A program made the translations under genes and the position numbers. The notes beneath the pieces are model-generated. The model had not been told where the DNA came from and did not search any database. It saw nothing but the letters and a program-made list of their open reading frames with translations. Of a DNA stretch of 64,000 bases, positions 39,562-48,293 are shown in pieces (the first letter of the stretch is position 1; every line of letters begins with the position of its first letter). The DNA is taken from positions 1 through 64,000 of the IMG/VR virus record IMGVR_UViG_3300045110_000102. The stretch is one strand, 5' to 3'. This DNA comes from a virus.

Positions 39562-40125
39562 ATGCCAAATGAAACGCTGGTCATCTCCGTCGCTGGCGCG
39601 AACCTGATCAAGCACTTCGAGTCGTGTTTGAAGAAGAGCGGGCCGGATCGATTCACCGCATATAAATGTCCAGCGGGAGTCGCCACCATCGGATGGGGCA
39701 CGACATCGGAGAACGGGCACAAGATCACGATGGGTCTGGTGTGGTCGCAAGCGCAATGCGATGCCGCGTTCCTCAACGACATGCACGTCTTCGAGTCCGA
39801 CGTGCGCCGTCTCGTCAAGGTGAAGCTGGAGCAGTGGCAGTTCGATTCGCTCGTGAGCTTTTCATATAACTGCGGGGCCGGTGCGTTCGCTGGTTCGACT
39901 CTGTTGAAGAAGGTGAACGCGCAGGACTTCGATGCGGCGGCGCTGGAGTTTCACAAGTGGTGCAAGGCGAAGGGCAAGAAGCTCGATGGGCTTGTGCGCC
40001 GACGCGCGAGCGAGTCGCTGTTGTTTCAGAACATTGCGGATGAAGACTACGACGGCAAGCCTGACAAGATCATCAAGCCGCTCGATGATCCTATGCCGCA
40101 ACATGTGGACAAGCCGTCTCATTGA
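39562..40125 (+). CDS. GH24 lysozyme endolysin
   Basis: IKHFE...AYKCPAGVATIGWGTT, QFDSLVSFSYNCG, GLVRRRASE. Confidence 0.92.
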   Translation: MPNETLVISVAGANLIKHFESCLKKSGPDRFTAYKCPAGVATIGWGTTSENGHKITMGLVWSQAQCDAAFLNDMHVFESDVRRLVKVKLEQWQFDSLVSFSYNCGAGAFAGSTLLKKVNAQDFDAAALEFHKWCKAKGKKLDGLVRRRASESLLFQNIADEDYDGKPDKIIKPLDDPMPQHVDKPSH

Positions 40126-40138
40126 AGGAGTACTGCTT

Positions 40139-40309
40139 ATGACACTCGGTCTCGCATTCTGGATCATCATGCTCATCTGGTTCGTGTTCGGCGGGCTGGT
40201 TCACTTCGGCATGGTTGCTGCTGCCTACACTGGCGTCGGCACGCTGTTGCTGTTCGTGCTGTTCCTGATCTTGGGATGGCAGGTGTTCGGCGCGCCGCTG
40301 CATAAATGA
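40139..40309 (+). CDS. Small two-TM membrane protein (holin candidate)
   Basis: AAGGAG RBS; two hydrophobic segments; follows the endolysins. Confidence 0.6.
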   Translation: MTLGLAFWIIMLIWFVFGGLVHFGMVAAAYTGVGTLLLFVLFLILGWQVFGAPLHK

Positions 40310-40476
40310 GCGCGACGCTATGGGGCGTGGTGGTCGCAGCCCTGCTCGCTGTCGTGGTGTTGCTGTGGTCTACCGGCGCGCTTCGATCACCGACCCTGCC
40401 CGATGATCGCAAGTCGCAAGTCGATCCGCTGCCGCCGTATCCGAGCGGCCCGCCGTCGATCTGCAAAGGATGTTGA
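40306..40476 (+). CDS. Small membrane-anchored Pro-rich protein ending CKGC (56 aa)
   Basis: Translated by hand: MSATLWGVVVAALLAVVVLLW...PPSICKGC; ATGA overlap. Confidence 0.5.
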   Translation: MSATLWGVVVAALLAVVVLLWSTGALRSPTLPDDRKSQVDPLPPYPSGPPSICKGC

Positions 40477-40568
40477 GTTTGTGCTGGCTCTCGATCATCG
40501 TCGCGCTGATGGCTGGCGGGATCGCGGGCGTACTGGCGATGGCTGTCGTGAAGATCGCGAAGGACTGA
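40470..40568 (+). CDS. 32-aa single-TM peptide
   Basis: MLSLCWLSIIVALMAGGIAGVLAMAVVKIAKD; ends at the terminator. Confidence 0.4.
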   Translation: MLSLCWLSIIVALMAGGIAGVLAMAVVKIAKD

Positions 40569-40600
40569 AGGCCCGGGCTCATCACCCGGGCCTTTTTATT
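40568..40600 (+). terminator. Rho-independent terminator of the late operon
   Basis: AAGGCCCGGG-CTCATCA-CCCGGGCCTT followed by TTTATT. Confidence 0.85.
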
Positions 40601-40655
40601 TGTCAATCGCGTTAATCGTGTTGCCGCTAATTCTCCGCCACGATTAGCGCCACGA

Positions 40656-41300
40656 TTACGCCGTGACGGTGCGCCGTCGGCGTGCGAGCGCGAGCAGACC
40701 ACCGCACGCTGCGATGAGTCCGGGGATGCCAGCGCCAGCGACGGGGCCGGGCACTGCAAGCGGCGTGACGTCGATGCGATAGTGCTCGAAGTCAGTGATC
40801 GTGCCGCCGACATTTACGAGGTCGAGGTCCCAGATGCGTTCGCCGTTGATCGCTTGGAAGTCGAATCCGTTCTGTCCGTTGCCGAGAGCGTAGCCGCCGA
40901 AGTTAAAGTTCTTGAAGGTGCCGTCAGCTTCCAGCGCGGTGACGTGGAAGAACATACTGCCGCTGCCTTTGATGGAAAAGATTTCCCGCGTGACAGCAAG
41001 CTGTCCGATGTTGTCGCGATCAAAGATCGAGATGTCGAGGTCGGACGTGTTCACGATCTTGATGTCGTTTCCATTTGCAGCGCCGCTGAACGCGCCGTTG
41101 CCAGAGAGATCGCGGAAGCGCACCACCTCATCGTTCTGTCCGTTGAGCCGACCGAGGATCAGGTTGGTGCTGGCGATGTTGGTGAAGATGACGTTGTTGC
41201 CGGTGCCGCCTTGACCGGTGGTGTCGATGATGATGTCGGCGAAGGCTGGCGTTGCCAACGCAGTGAGGATCGCCGCGAGGGCGAGCAGCTTGGTCTTCAT
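40656..41300 (-). CDS. Exported protein with PEP-CTERM-like VPGPVAGAG sorting tail
   Basis: Signal peptide MKTKLLALAAILTALATPAFA; C-terminal VPGPVAGAGIPGL-TM-RRRR. Confidence 0.85.
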   Translation of the reverse strand: MKTKLLALAAILTALATPAFADIIIDTTGQGGTGNNVIFTNIASTNLILGRLNGQNDEVVRFRDLSGNGAFSGAANGNDIKIVNTSDLDISIFDRDNIGQLAVTREIFSIKGSGSMFFHVTALEADGTFKNFNFGGYALGNGQNGFDFQAINGERIWDLDLVNVGGTITDFEHYRIDVTPLAVPGPVAGAGIPGLIAACGGLLALARRRRTVTA

Positions 41301-41406
41301 GGGGAGCCCCTTGGTGTCAGTGTTTGCAAACGTGACCGGCGAACGGTACGCGCGCCGAGGTGCGCGAGCCAGCCGCATATTCTGGACACTGTGGACGGCA
41401 TAACTC

Positions 41407-41703
41407 CTACGTGGGGCGCGTCCGGCCCGGCGGGACAGGGACCCTGACCGACCTTGCCGCCTCAATGGCTCGTTTCCCGGCGGCATCTGCCGCGTCCATG
41501 AGTTGCTGAAGCTCGACCCATGTCACCGTAGCGCCCGGGGCCGAGGCCTCTCCAGCCCCCGCGCTGCTGATCCTGCGGGCCTTCCACGCCCGGGCTCTCC
41601 CGGCGGTCACCCGGCGGCGGTGGCACCTCGGACAGGTCGCCCGGCGAATCGCCCCCACGGGCTTCCAGCGGCGGTGACAGGCCTCACAAATCAGCAGGGT
41701 CAT
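41407..41703 (-). CDS. Zn-ribbon hypothetical protein
   Basis: CEAC...CPRC near the N-terminus. Confidence 0.45.
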   Translation of the reverse strand: MTLLICEACHRRWKPVGAIRRATCPRCHRRRVTAGRARAWKARRISSAGAGEASAPGATVTWVELQQLMDAADAAGKRAIEAARSVRVPVPPGRTRPT

Positions 41704-41762
41704 GGTCCGGTCGCGATCTCTCGTTAGCCCCTGTAGGGTCACTCAAACCCAAGGGAGAGCCT

Positions 41763-42293
41763 ATGCCTTACGTCACTGGATTCCTGAACGTTCACGAGGG
41801 CGGACAGCCCGACAACGCGCTGCCGGGTGGCGGCGGTCACCCATCGCAGGGACTGCCCGGCCACGGTCACCCGGGCCAAGGCCTGCCGATGCCGCCCAGC
41901 GGGACGCTGCCTGCGCCGCCGCCCGGCATGTGGCCGCCGCCGTCGCTCGGCAACCCGATCCTGCCAGCACCTCCCGGCACGCCGCCCGGCACCATCTGGC
42001 CATCGCCGGGACTCCCCGATCATCCGAGCAACGTGCTCCCGGGTGGCGGACACGCGAGCGGCCAGCCGATCCCGCCGCCGCCCGGCGGATCGATTGACAA
42101 CACGCTGCCGAGCGCGCCGCCGCAGGCAGGCAACGGTCTGCCGTCGAAGACCTACTGGATGATTTGCTACGCGCCGAATCTCGGATGGAAGTACGTCGCG
42201 GTCGATCCGTCGCTGACGCCCGGCCAAGGCTTGCCGCCTGCATCGGGCTCGATTGACAACACGCTGCCGCAGGCACCAGCGCCGAAGAAGTAG
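41763..42293 (+). CDS. Pro/Gly-rich low-complexity protein with DNTLP and GQGLP repeats
   Basis: GGGAG RBS; internal repeats. Confidence 0.75.
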   Translation: MPYVTGFLNVHEGGQPDNALPGGGGHPSQGLPGHGHPGQGLPMPPSGTLPAPPPGMWPPPSLGNPILPAPPGTPPGTIWPSPGLPDHPSNVLPGGGHASGQPIPPPPGGSIDNTLPSAPPQAGNGLPSKTYWMICYAPNLGWKYVAVDPSLTPGQGLPPASGSIDNTLPQAPAPKK

Positions 42294-42348
42294 AACATCA
42301 CGCACTTCGTCAACGCATTGGGCCAGCATCGGAAATATCCGTGCTGGC

Positions 42349-42615
42349 CTATTGCTTCCGGCCTGTCCCGGTGATGTGCGTGGTGTTGCTCTTGATCCAC
42401 TCGACCATGTCATCGCGCAGCACAAATCCCTCAAGCTGCTCGGCGAAGGCGTGCGCCTGTCCGATGCGATCCTGCTTGCCCTTGTCGGTCGAGATGATCT
42501 GGCACGCGACCGCCAGCGTCAGCGCGGTGCACGCTTCCGCGTTGTCCTCGCCAGCGAGGAGACCGTTGATCTGATCGACCAGCCGCACGACGTAGTCTTG
42601 TCGCTCATCGCTCAT
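42349..42615 (-). CDS. Hypothetical protein
   Basis: ATG overlapping the upstream stop; helical composition. Confidence 0.7.
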   Translation of the reverse strand: MSDERQDYVVRLVDQINGLLAGEDNAEACTALTLAVACQIISTDKGKQDRIGQAHAFAEQLEGFVLRDDMVEWIKSNTTHITGTGRKQ

Positions 42616-43001
42616 GTCTTCGGTCCTACGAGGAAGGTTGGAGGGGCGGGGATCGGCATGCGCAGCGAGCGCCACATGTGCAAGCAGTGCGGATGGAAGT
42701 TCACGTGCAGCGACTTCGGCGGATGATACTGCACGACCAGTTCTTCTTCCGCCCAGAAGATGTCCTTGACGAAGCACATCTCCTCCCACGTCGGACAGCG
42801 TTCCTCGCACGAGACCGACACGTGCTCCCATCCGTTCTCCTCATCGATGCCGCTCGATATCGCGAGCAACAGCGTCGTGCCGCCGCCCTTGACTGGCGCG
42901 AGCAGCTTGAACATTCCGGCGAGTCCATAGCTGTCGTCGCTCGCCATGTCGCCGGTGCGAACGCGGTTCGCCTGTAGCACCAGTGGAATGTAACGCCTCA
43001 C
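42612..43001 (-). CDS. Conserved phage hypothetical protein (WEHVSVS...CPTWEEM...HPHCLHMW family)
   Basis: Recognisable His/Cys motif pattern widespread in phages. Confidence 0.8.
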   Translation of the reverse strand: MRRYIPLVLQANRVRTGDMASDDSYGLAGMFKLLAPVKGGGTTLLLAISSGIDEENGWEHVSVSCEERCPTWEEMCFVKDIFWAEEELVVQYHPPKSLHVNFHPHCLHMWRSLRMPIPAPPTFLVGPKT

Positions 43002-43234
43002 CCGTTCACCGCTGGCTTCATGTTGCTGTTTGCGTCGATGAAGTGATCCATCAGGCTGCGCATCTTGATGCGCTCCTTGTCTGGCATCCGCTTCAGTCCC
43101 CACGCGATGCACGCAGCAAGCGCCATGATGCTGTCGCCGGTGGTCTCACCCTCCAGTACGTCGCCGATCCTCGTTGCCAGCGCGTTCATGTGCGCGGCCT
43201 GCTCCTGCGGTGTGCGCTTCTGATTGTCTGTCAT
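42998..43234 (-). CDS. Hypothetical protein
   Basis: Overlap packing; similar to 42349-42615. Confidence 0.7.
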   Translation of the reverse strand: MTDNQKRTPQEQAAHMNALATRIGDVLEGETTGDSIMALAACIAWGLKRMPDKERIKMRSLMDHFIDANSNMKPAVNG

Positions 43235-43241
43235 CACGCGC

Positions 43242-43673
43242 TCACTGCTTCGTGCCGGGATCGTACGCGTCGAGGAGCTTGTCGAGCCCTTGATCGGCGA
43301 CACTACATTCATCAACGAGGCGGCGATGGGCAACGTCTCGCGTGATCTTACCATCGCGAAGCTCGTGCATAATGCCGTTGACCTTAGCCATATTGCTCGC
43401 GATCTCTTCATTGCTGAGTTCATCCTTCACGTTGCTCTCCTTGTGCTGTCTGATCTGCTCTTCGAATATTCGCATCACGTCAGTGGTCGCGACGCCGTTG
43501 CTGATGCGGCTCGCCATGCCGCTCTGATCCCCGTACGGAAACACGAGCAGGATGAATCCGTTGTTGCGCTCGCCGCCGGTTGCGACCTTCTCGCCATTGA
43601 GAATCCGATCCAGCGCAGCCGCGAGGTTCTGCATCGCCTCGCTCATCGTCATCTCGATTCCGTCTTCGCTCAC
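43242..43673 (-). CDS. Hypothetical protein
   Basis: GFILLVFPY...RISN motif; GGAG RBS before GTG. Confidence 0.7.
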   Translation of the reverse strand: MSEDGIEMTMSEAMQNLAAALDRILNGEKVATGGERNNGFILLVFPYGDQSGMASRISNGVATTDVMRIFEEQIRQHKESNVKDELSNEEIASNMAKVNGIMHELRDGKITRDVAHRRLVDECSVADQGLDKLLDAYDPGTKQ

Positions 43674-43951
43674 AGTTCTTCTCCGTCCGAGTGATCCTTC
43701 TTCAGCGTCTCCAGTTCGGCTGAGACGCGCGTCGCGATGATCGAGTTGGTCGCGCGGTCCTCGGTCAGGTCGAAGCGTTTCTCTTTGTGCTTCGAGTACG
43801 CGATGATGTACCAGCGCATCTCGTCCATCTTGTACATCTTGCCGAGCGGCACCGTTGCGGTCTCGCCCATCTTCAATCGCTTGAGGATGTTGTGCACATA
43901 CTCCGACATCGTCTCCAGCTTCTGCTTCTGCTCCTGCCACGGCTCCATCAT
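43670..43951 (-). CDS. Hypothetical protein
   Basis: GAGGAG RBS; overlap packing. Confidence 0.7.
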   Translation of the reverse strand: MMEPWQEQKQKLETMSEYVHNILKRLKMGETATVPLGKMYKMDEMRWYIIAYSKHKEKRFDLTEDRATNSIIATRVSAELETLKKDHSDGEEL

Positions 43952-44154
43952 CTGTACTCCTCGATGCTGGTCGGCTGACCCATCAGCGTGATGTTGACCG
44001 AACCCTTCTTGAGTTGACCGAGGATGCTATCGGCAAGGTCGTTCGCCTTCTCGACGGTGCTAGCAACGAAGATCAGCCGCACCTCGCGGCCAATCACCTC
44101 GACGCGGACTCCCTTGCCGTAGTCGGGGTTGGTGAATTGTCGATCAGTCGCCAT
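43948..44154 (-). CDS. Hypothetical protein
   Basis: Overlap packing; AAGGA RBS. Confidence 0.65.
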   Translation of the reverse strand: MATDRQFTNPDYGKGVRVEVIGREVRLIFVASTVEKANDLADSILGQLKKGSVNITLMGQPTSIEEYR

Positions 44155-44366
44155 CAGTAGTCCTTCCGCGTGGTCTCGATCTGGTAGGCAAGGTCGCGCA
44201 TCCTCTCGATGGTCTTCGGCACGTTGTTCACTCCGATGGTCATCACGGCGTACACCTCGCCGTCCTCCCTTTCCAAGTTGAAGTGAATCGCCGTGCACTT
44301 CGGATCGCTGCACAGGCCCATGATGAAGCTGTGCGCCAGTTCGGCTGTCATCGTCTGCACCTCCAT
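44154..44366 (-). CDS. Hypothetical protein with CSDPKC motif
   Basis: ORF track; start may be the second Met. Confidence 0.65.
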   Translation of the reverse strand: MEVQTMTAELAHSFIMGLCSDPKCTAIHFNLEREDGEVYAVMTIGVNNVPKTIERMRDLAYQIETTRKDY

Positions 44367-44740
44367 GATTTGCCGCCGCGCGTGATCACCTTGCGCATGT
44401 GATGCCGTGTGCAGACGTCGCCGCGATCCGCAACGCGAGCGCGCGTGCGCTTCACTGGCGTTGGCTCATCATCGACCACGAGCACCGGCGGCACCTTCGA
44501 CTCCGGAGGATCGAGCACGATGCGCTCTGTCTTGACCGGCACCGGCTCGGTCGATGCGACCACCGGTCGCGCGATTTGAATCTCTCTGACCCTGTCCTGC
44601 TTCTTCAGCGGCTCGGCCTCGACCTGCAGGTTCGGCTTCGGCACCACGATGCGCTCGGCGCTTGGCACGCGCTGGATGGCGAACACCACCATCAGCGCGG
44701 CCAGAGCGGAGACGCCGAACCAAACACTACTCCGAGTCAA
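44348..44740 (-). CDS. Membrane-anchored protein with C-terminal CxRHxMRKV...SWRCRR motif
   Basis: N-terminal hydrophobic segment; start uncertain. Confidence 0.6.
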   Translation of the reverse strand: MTRSSVWFGVSALAALMVVFAIQRVPSAERIVVPKPNLQVEAEPLKKQDRVREIQIARPVVASTEPVPVKTERIVLDPPESKVPPVLVVDDEPTPVKRTRARVADRGDVCTRHHMRKVITRGGKSWRCRR

Positions 44741-44921
44741 TGGAGACCAGTGCAGATCGAACGAGAGCGGCTTCCACCGGATGGCCGTTCTCTTCCAGAA
44801 GGTTGATCGCGCTGTTGACGACTTCAACAAGCCGCCCATTGCGAGCGATGCTGCGCCGAAGTGCAGCGGCGAGATGCTCTCCGACTCGGAGCATGCGCTC
44901 GGTCCTCTCATCAGGCATCAT
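44727..44921 (-). CDS. Hypothetical protein
   Basis: Overlap packing. Confidence 0.6.
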   Translation of the reverse strand: MMPDERTERMLRVGEHLAAALRRSIARNGRLVEVVNSAINLLEENGHPVEAALVRSALVSIDSE

Positions 44922-45358
44922 CCCATCTTCTTCGTGAAGTCGTCGCACGCGTCGCGGATCGCCTTCGACAGATTGCTGGCTGTCTCGATCAGCAGCTTGG
45001 TGTGCTCGCCCTTGTTGCGTATCTGCTTCGCCGCTTCCTCGATGGTCTTGAGGTCGTGAAGCAACTCTGTCTGCGAAGCATCAAGCTGCGGCATCAGCGC
45101 CTTCACCATGTCGCCGAGCTTCTCGACCTGCTCCGCCGTGTGCTCGTACTGCGTCATCACCGCTTGCGCAGAGAGCTTGCCGAGATCGGGATTGTGCGCG
45201 TCGAGCATCGGGATGCCGTCCTCACGCGCGGGCGGCGGACGGCGCACCACTTCGGAGACTTCTTCTTCAAGCGTGCGCAGGTTGATGTGCTCGCGGCTGC
45301 GCGCCGGTGGGCGGACAGCGTTGCCGGTGCGCGGCAGTGTTGGCAGTTGTTCGTTCAT
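44918..45358 (-). CDS. Coiled-coil hypothetical protein
   Basis: AAAGGAG RBS; heptad-like C-terminal half. Confidence 0.75.
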   Translation of the reverse strand: MNEQLPTLPRTGNAVRPPARSREHINLRTLEEEVSEVVRRPPPAREDGIPMLDAHNPDLGKLSAQAVMTQYEHTAEQVEKLGDMVKALMPQLDASQTELLHDLKTIEEAAKQIRNKGEHTKLLIETASNLSKAIRDACDDFTKKMG

Positions 45359-45379
45359 TCGGTCGCTCCTTTGATGCGT

Positions 45380-45556
45380 TCAGTTGTGTAGATAGGGGAG
45401 AAGATTATCAGGCACCTTCTTCTTGCCGTGCCGGTGCATGAAGTTGGCGAACATGCGGCACTGCGCGTCGATGCGTTCTTCGATTGGAAGCCTGCGCGAT
45501 TCCTTCAGCATCTCCATGAGCGCAGGCAGTTCTCTGATGGCGGCATCTTCGCTCAC
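45380..45556 (-). CDS. Small hypothetical protein
   Basis: AAAGGAAG RBS before GTG. Confidence 0.6.
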   Translation of the reverse strand: MSEDAAIRELPALMEMLKESRRLPIEERIDAQCRMFANFMHRHGKKKVPDNLLPYLHN

Positions 45557-45879
45557 TGGTCGCTTCCTTTGATGCGTTGATATCTCGTGTAGTACTCGAT
45601 GCAGAGTTCGAAGGGATCGGGCACACCGTGTGCCGCCCACCATTCGAGTTCGTTGCCGTGCGCGTGCTGCGCCATGTGATGGTTGTGCTTCAGCGGCAAG
45701 GCCCAACGGTCATCGGGCTTGCCCCATCCCTTGTCTTTGCCGTGCTTGAATGACCGTGCGCGAAGATGCGCGGCATCACATGGCGGAGCTTGCAAGCAGC
45801 CGCACACGCAACGTTGCGAGCGCAGCCACTTGAGGTAGCCCGGATCACGCAGTGGCGGTTGCCGCTGCCGCAGTGTCAC
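45553..45879 (-). CDS. DUF968-like HNH-related protein
   Basis: YLKWLRSQRCVCGC...DAAHLR...KPDDRWALPL..HH..QH. Confidence 0.75.
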   Translation of the reverse strand: MTLRQRQPPLRDPGYLKWLRSQRCVCGCLQAPPCDAAHLRARSFKHGKDKGWGKPDDRWALPLKHNHHMAQHAHGNELEWWAAHGVPDPFELCIEYYTRYQRIKGSDQ

Positions 45880-46922
45880 CGGCGTTTGCCTTTGTTCGGC
45901 TCTTGCTTCGGCTTGCGGTCGGGCGGGAAGATGTCCGCTTGGACTTCGCCCTGCTGCTGCCCCGTGCCAGATGATCCGGCAGATTGTTCGCCATCCTTCG
46001 GATCGCCGCCGACAGCATCAGCGCTTCCGCCTTTGTCCGCACCGTCGTCGGCTCCAGCACGAGGCTGATCGCCCCGTCCTTCACCGACAGGTTCATCACC
46101 ACTTCCTTTGACAACTTCATCTTTCACCTCTTCTTTGACGACGTCGGAATTGACTTCGCCTTCTATGATCGAGTTGCGAGCCGCTGCCTGCGTGGCAACG
46201 TGCTCGACGTCGAAGCCTCGATCTCCTGCCGCGCGAGCCGCCTTGGCGTCGCGAAGTTTCTGTGCGTAGGCCGCAACCTTGCTGATCGGCATATCGACCG
46301 CTATCGATCCGTCATCGAGTTCGTCCGGCGTGTAGACGCCGAGCAGCACTTCGCTGGCGAACAGTCGGCACCATTGCCGCACGGTCGAGTAAGCAAGCTG
46401 CACCTCGGGCACCGTCTCCCACAGTGGCGAGCCACCGTAGCCGCCACCATCCCTGCGCTTCGGTCGTGCGTCGAGCATCTCCTTCAGCGTCGGGCTGGTG
46501 TACTCGTGCGGCCTCTCTTCGCCCCTGAATAGGCCGGACACCTTGCAGCGGCGCTGATCGCCTTCGCCGAGTATCTCGTGCCGCAGCCGCGTCTTCAGCG
46601 GAGCGCGCGCGGTGATCACCGCATGCACAAGCTGCGCCTCGAACGCGATCCGCTCTTCGCCCTTGTTCACTACCTGATAGGACTTCTCAGCGACGGCGAA
46701 CGGGTCCATCTGCCAGCGCAGCGCGCGCGAGCAGATCGCGAGACAGCCGCCGGGATTGCCGCGCAGATAGCCCGGCACTGCCGAGCCGGAGACCGCCATC
46801 AACTTGGCGAACTCCATCACCTGTCCCATGTTCTCCAGCGCGATGCCGCCGATCTCGGCATTCACTGTGATCGGTGCAGCGATAGCACGATCAACACGCC
46901 TCTCGATTTCAGTCACGTCCAT
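45876..46922 (-). CDS. recT: RecT-family ssDNA annealing protein
   Basis: VPGYLRGNPGGCLA...WQMDPFAVA...AFEAQLV...VLLGVYTPDE; next to a RecE-like gene. Confidence 0.85.
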   Translation of the reverse strand: MDVTEIERRVDRAIAAPITVNAEIGGIALENMGQVMEFAKLMAVSGSAVPGYLRGNPGGCLAICSRALRWQMDPFAVAEKSYQVVNKGEERIAFEAQLVHAVITARAPLKTRLRHEILGEGDQRRCKVSGLFRGEERPHEYTSPTLKEMLDARPKRRDGGGYGGSPLWETVPEVQLAYSTVRQWCRLFASEVLLGVYTPDELDDGSIAVDMPISKVAAYAQKLRDAKAARAAGDRGFDVEHVATQAAARNSIIEGEVNSDVVKEEVKDEVVKGSGDEPVGEGRGDQPRAGADDGADKGGSADAVGGDPKDGEQSAGSSGTGQQQGEVQADIFPPDRKPKQEPNKGKRR

Positions 46923-46948
46923 AGTCTTTGCTCCGTTTGAGTTCAGAT

Positions 46949-47884
46949 TTACGCAAGGCCTTCAGCCTTCAGTCGAGCGTCGATGCGCGCGCGCTTCTCG
47001 ATGCCGATGCCGAGCGCATCAAGGTCACCCTCGCCCGGTCCCGGCCAATGACCGGCGTCGATGCACCGGCGCACCTCGCGCATTGCCCATCGGTTCATCT
47101 GCCGACCGCGTCCCAAGTCTTCCTCGACCAGCGGGACGGTGCGCGCGCAGTACGGGCTCGCGGTCTCGACGAACATTAGCATGAACGAAGCGAACGGCAG
47201 ACCGAGTCCCTCGCAGACTTCGCCGATCAGCGCGCCTTGCTGCTGATATCCGAGATCGTGGATCGACGCCTGCAGCGCGTACGATGTCACCTCGCGCGCA
47301 GTCTTGAGATCAACGAAGTCGTCTTCCGTCGGCGGGATCACGTCGGGCCGCACCTTGATCCAGAGTCCAGTCTCCTTGTCCTTCCAGAAGCCGGAACACT
47401 CGACGTAGCCAGACAGCAGACCTTCATCCACCAGCGGTTCGAGCTTGAGACTCTTCGCCATCTGCACGATGGACTTCAACTCCTTCACCGTGACGATCAC
47501 GCGGCCTTCGCGTGCTTGCCGCTCATTCCATTCCTGACAGGCGTGCGCGTTGTTATTCCACTTCTTCTCTTCACCGGTCTTGCGGTCGCGATAGGTCTCG
47601 GGCTGCGCGGTGAACTTCGCATCGAACTTGTCTTCGCCGAGCAGCAGGTGATGCGCCGCCGAGCCGAGCAGCATCGGTCGCGTCACTTCGCGCGCTTCAC
47701 TCTCTGGGTTCTCGCACCACTGCGCGTGCATGTGCTTCGCGCTCTTGCTCCAGAGCGTGCGCAGGTTCGATGATGACACCGTCGGACCGTCGCAGAGGTC
47801 GGCGCTGTGATAGCGCTCGATGGGGATGCCCGAGTACCAGCCGGGCTTGGTTATTTTCTTGCCAGTCCACTTCGTCACTTGCAC
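46949..47884 (-). CDS. RecE/exonuclease VIII-like PD-(D/E)XK nuclease (DUF3799)
   Basis: YHS...VSSSNL, LGSAAH, KVRPD...VDLKT, GYQQQGA. Confidence 0.85.
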   Translation of the reverse strand: MQVTKWTGKKITKPGWYSGIPIERYHSADLCDGPTVSSSNLRTLWSKSAKHMHAQWCENPESEAREVTRPMLLGSAAHHLLLGEDKFDAKFTAQPETYRDRKTGEEKKWNNNAHACQEWNERQAREGRVIVTVKELKSIVQMAKSLKLEPLVDEGLLSGYVECSGFWKDKETGLWIKVRPDVIPPTEDDFVDLKTAREVTSYALQASIHDLGYQQQGALIGEVCEGLGLPFASFMLMFVETASPYCARTVPLVEEDLGRGRQMNRWAMREVRRCIDAGHWPGPGEGDLDALGIGIEKRARIDARLKAEGLA

Positions 47885-47928
47885 CTTGGTTGCTCCTTTG
47901 GTGTCGTCATAAATTGAGTCGAACGGCG

Positions 47929-47957
47929 ACCATAGCCTCTGGTCAATCCGTTTTCAA
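47929..47957 (-). promoter_or_regulatory. Putative sigma70 promoter for the leftward operon
   Basis: Minus strand TTGAAA-N17-TATGGT in the divergent intergenic region. Confidence 0.45.
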
Positions 47958-48008
47958 CCGGCTATTGTTAAACCTTCTATGGATTTTTCCAGAGGGTGAA
48001 CGAGAGAG

Positions 48009-48293
48009 ATGATGATGGGAGCACAGACCAATGGCTCTTCGCGCAAGCGGTTGCGCGGAGAGGTGATCAACCGCAGCAAGAACAGGGACAAGAAGCGCGA
48101 CGCGATCATGCGGACAGTCTTCGCGCGGCCCGGCTTTGCCAGCGAGATCGCCAAGCATCTGGGTGTTTCTCCACAGAATGTTTCTGCATGGAATCGCGTA
48201 CCGCCTCACCACGTGGTCGCGCTCGCGCCTATGCTGGGACTTCCGCCCGAGAAGATTCGCCCGGACATCTTCGGAGGGAGACGCAGGATTTGA
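48009..48293 (+). CDS. Cro/YdaS-like HTH transcription regulator
   Basis: SEIAKHLGVSPQNVSAWNRVP...IRPDIFG. Confidence 0.85.
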   Translation: MMMGAQTNGSSRKRLRGEVINRSKNRDKKRDAIMRTVFARPGFASEIAKHLGVSPQNVSAWNRVPPHHVVALAPMLGLPPEKIRPDIFGGRRRI

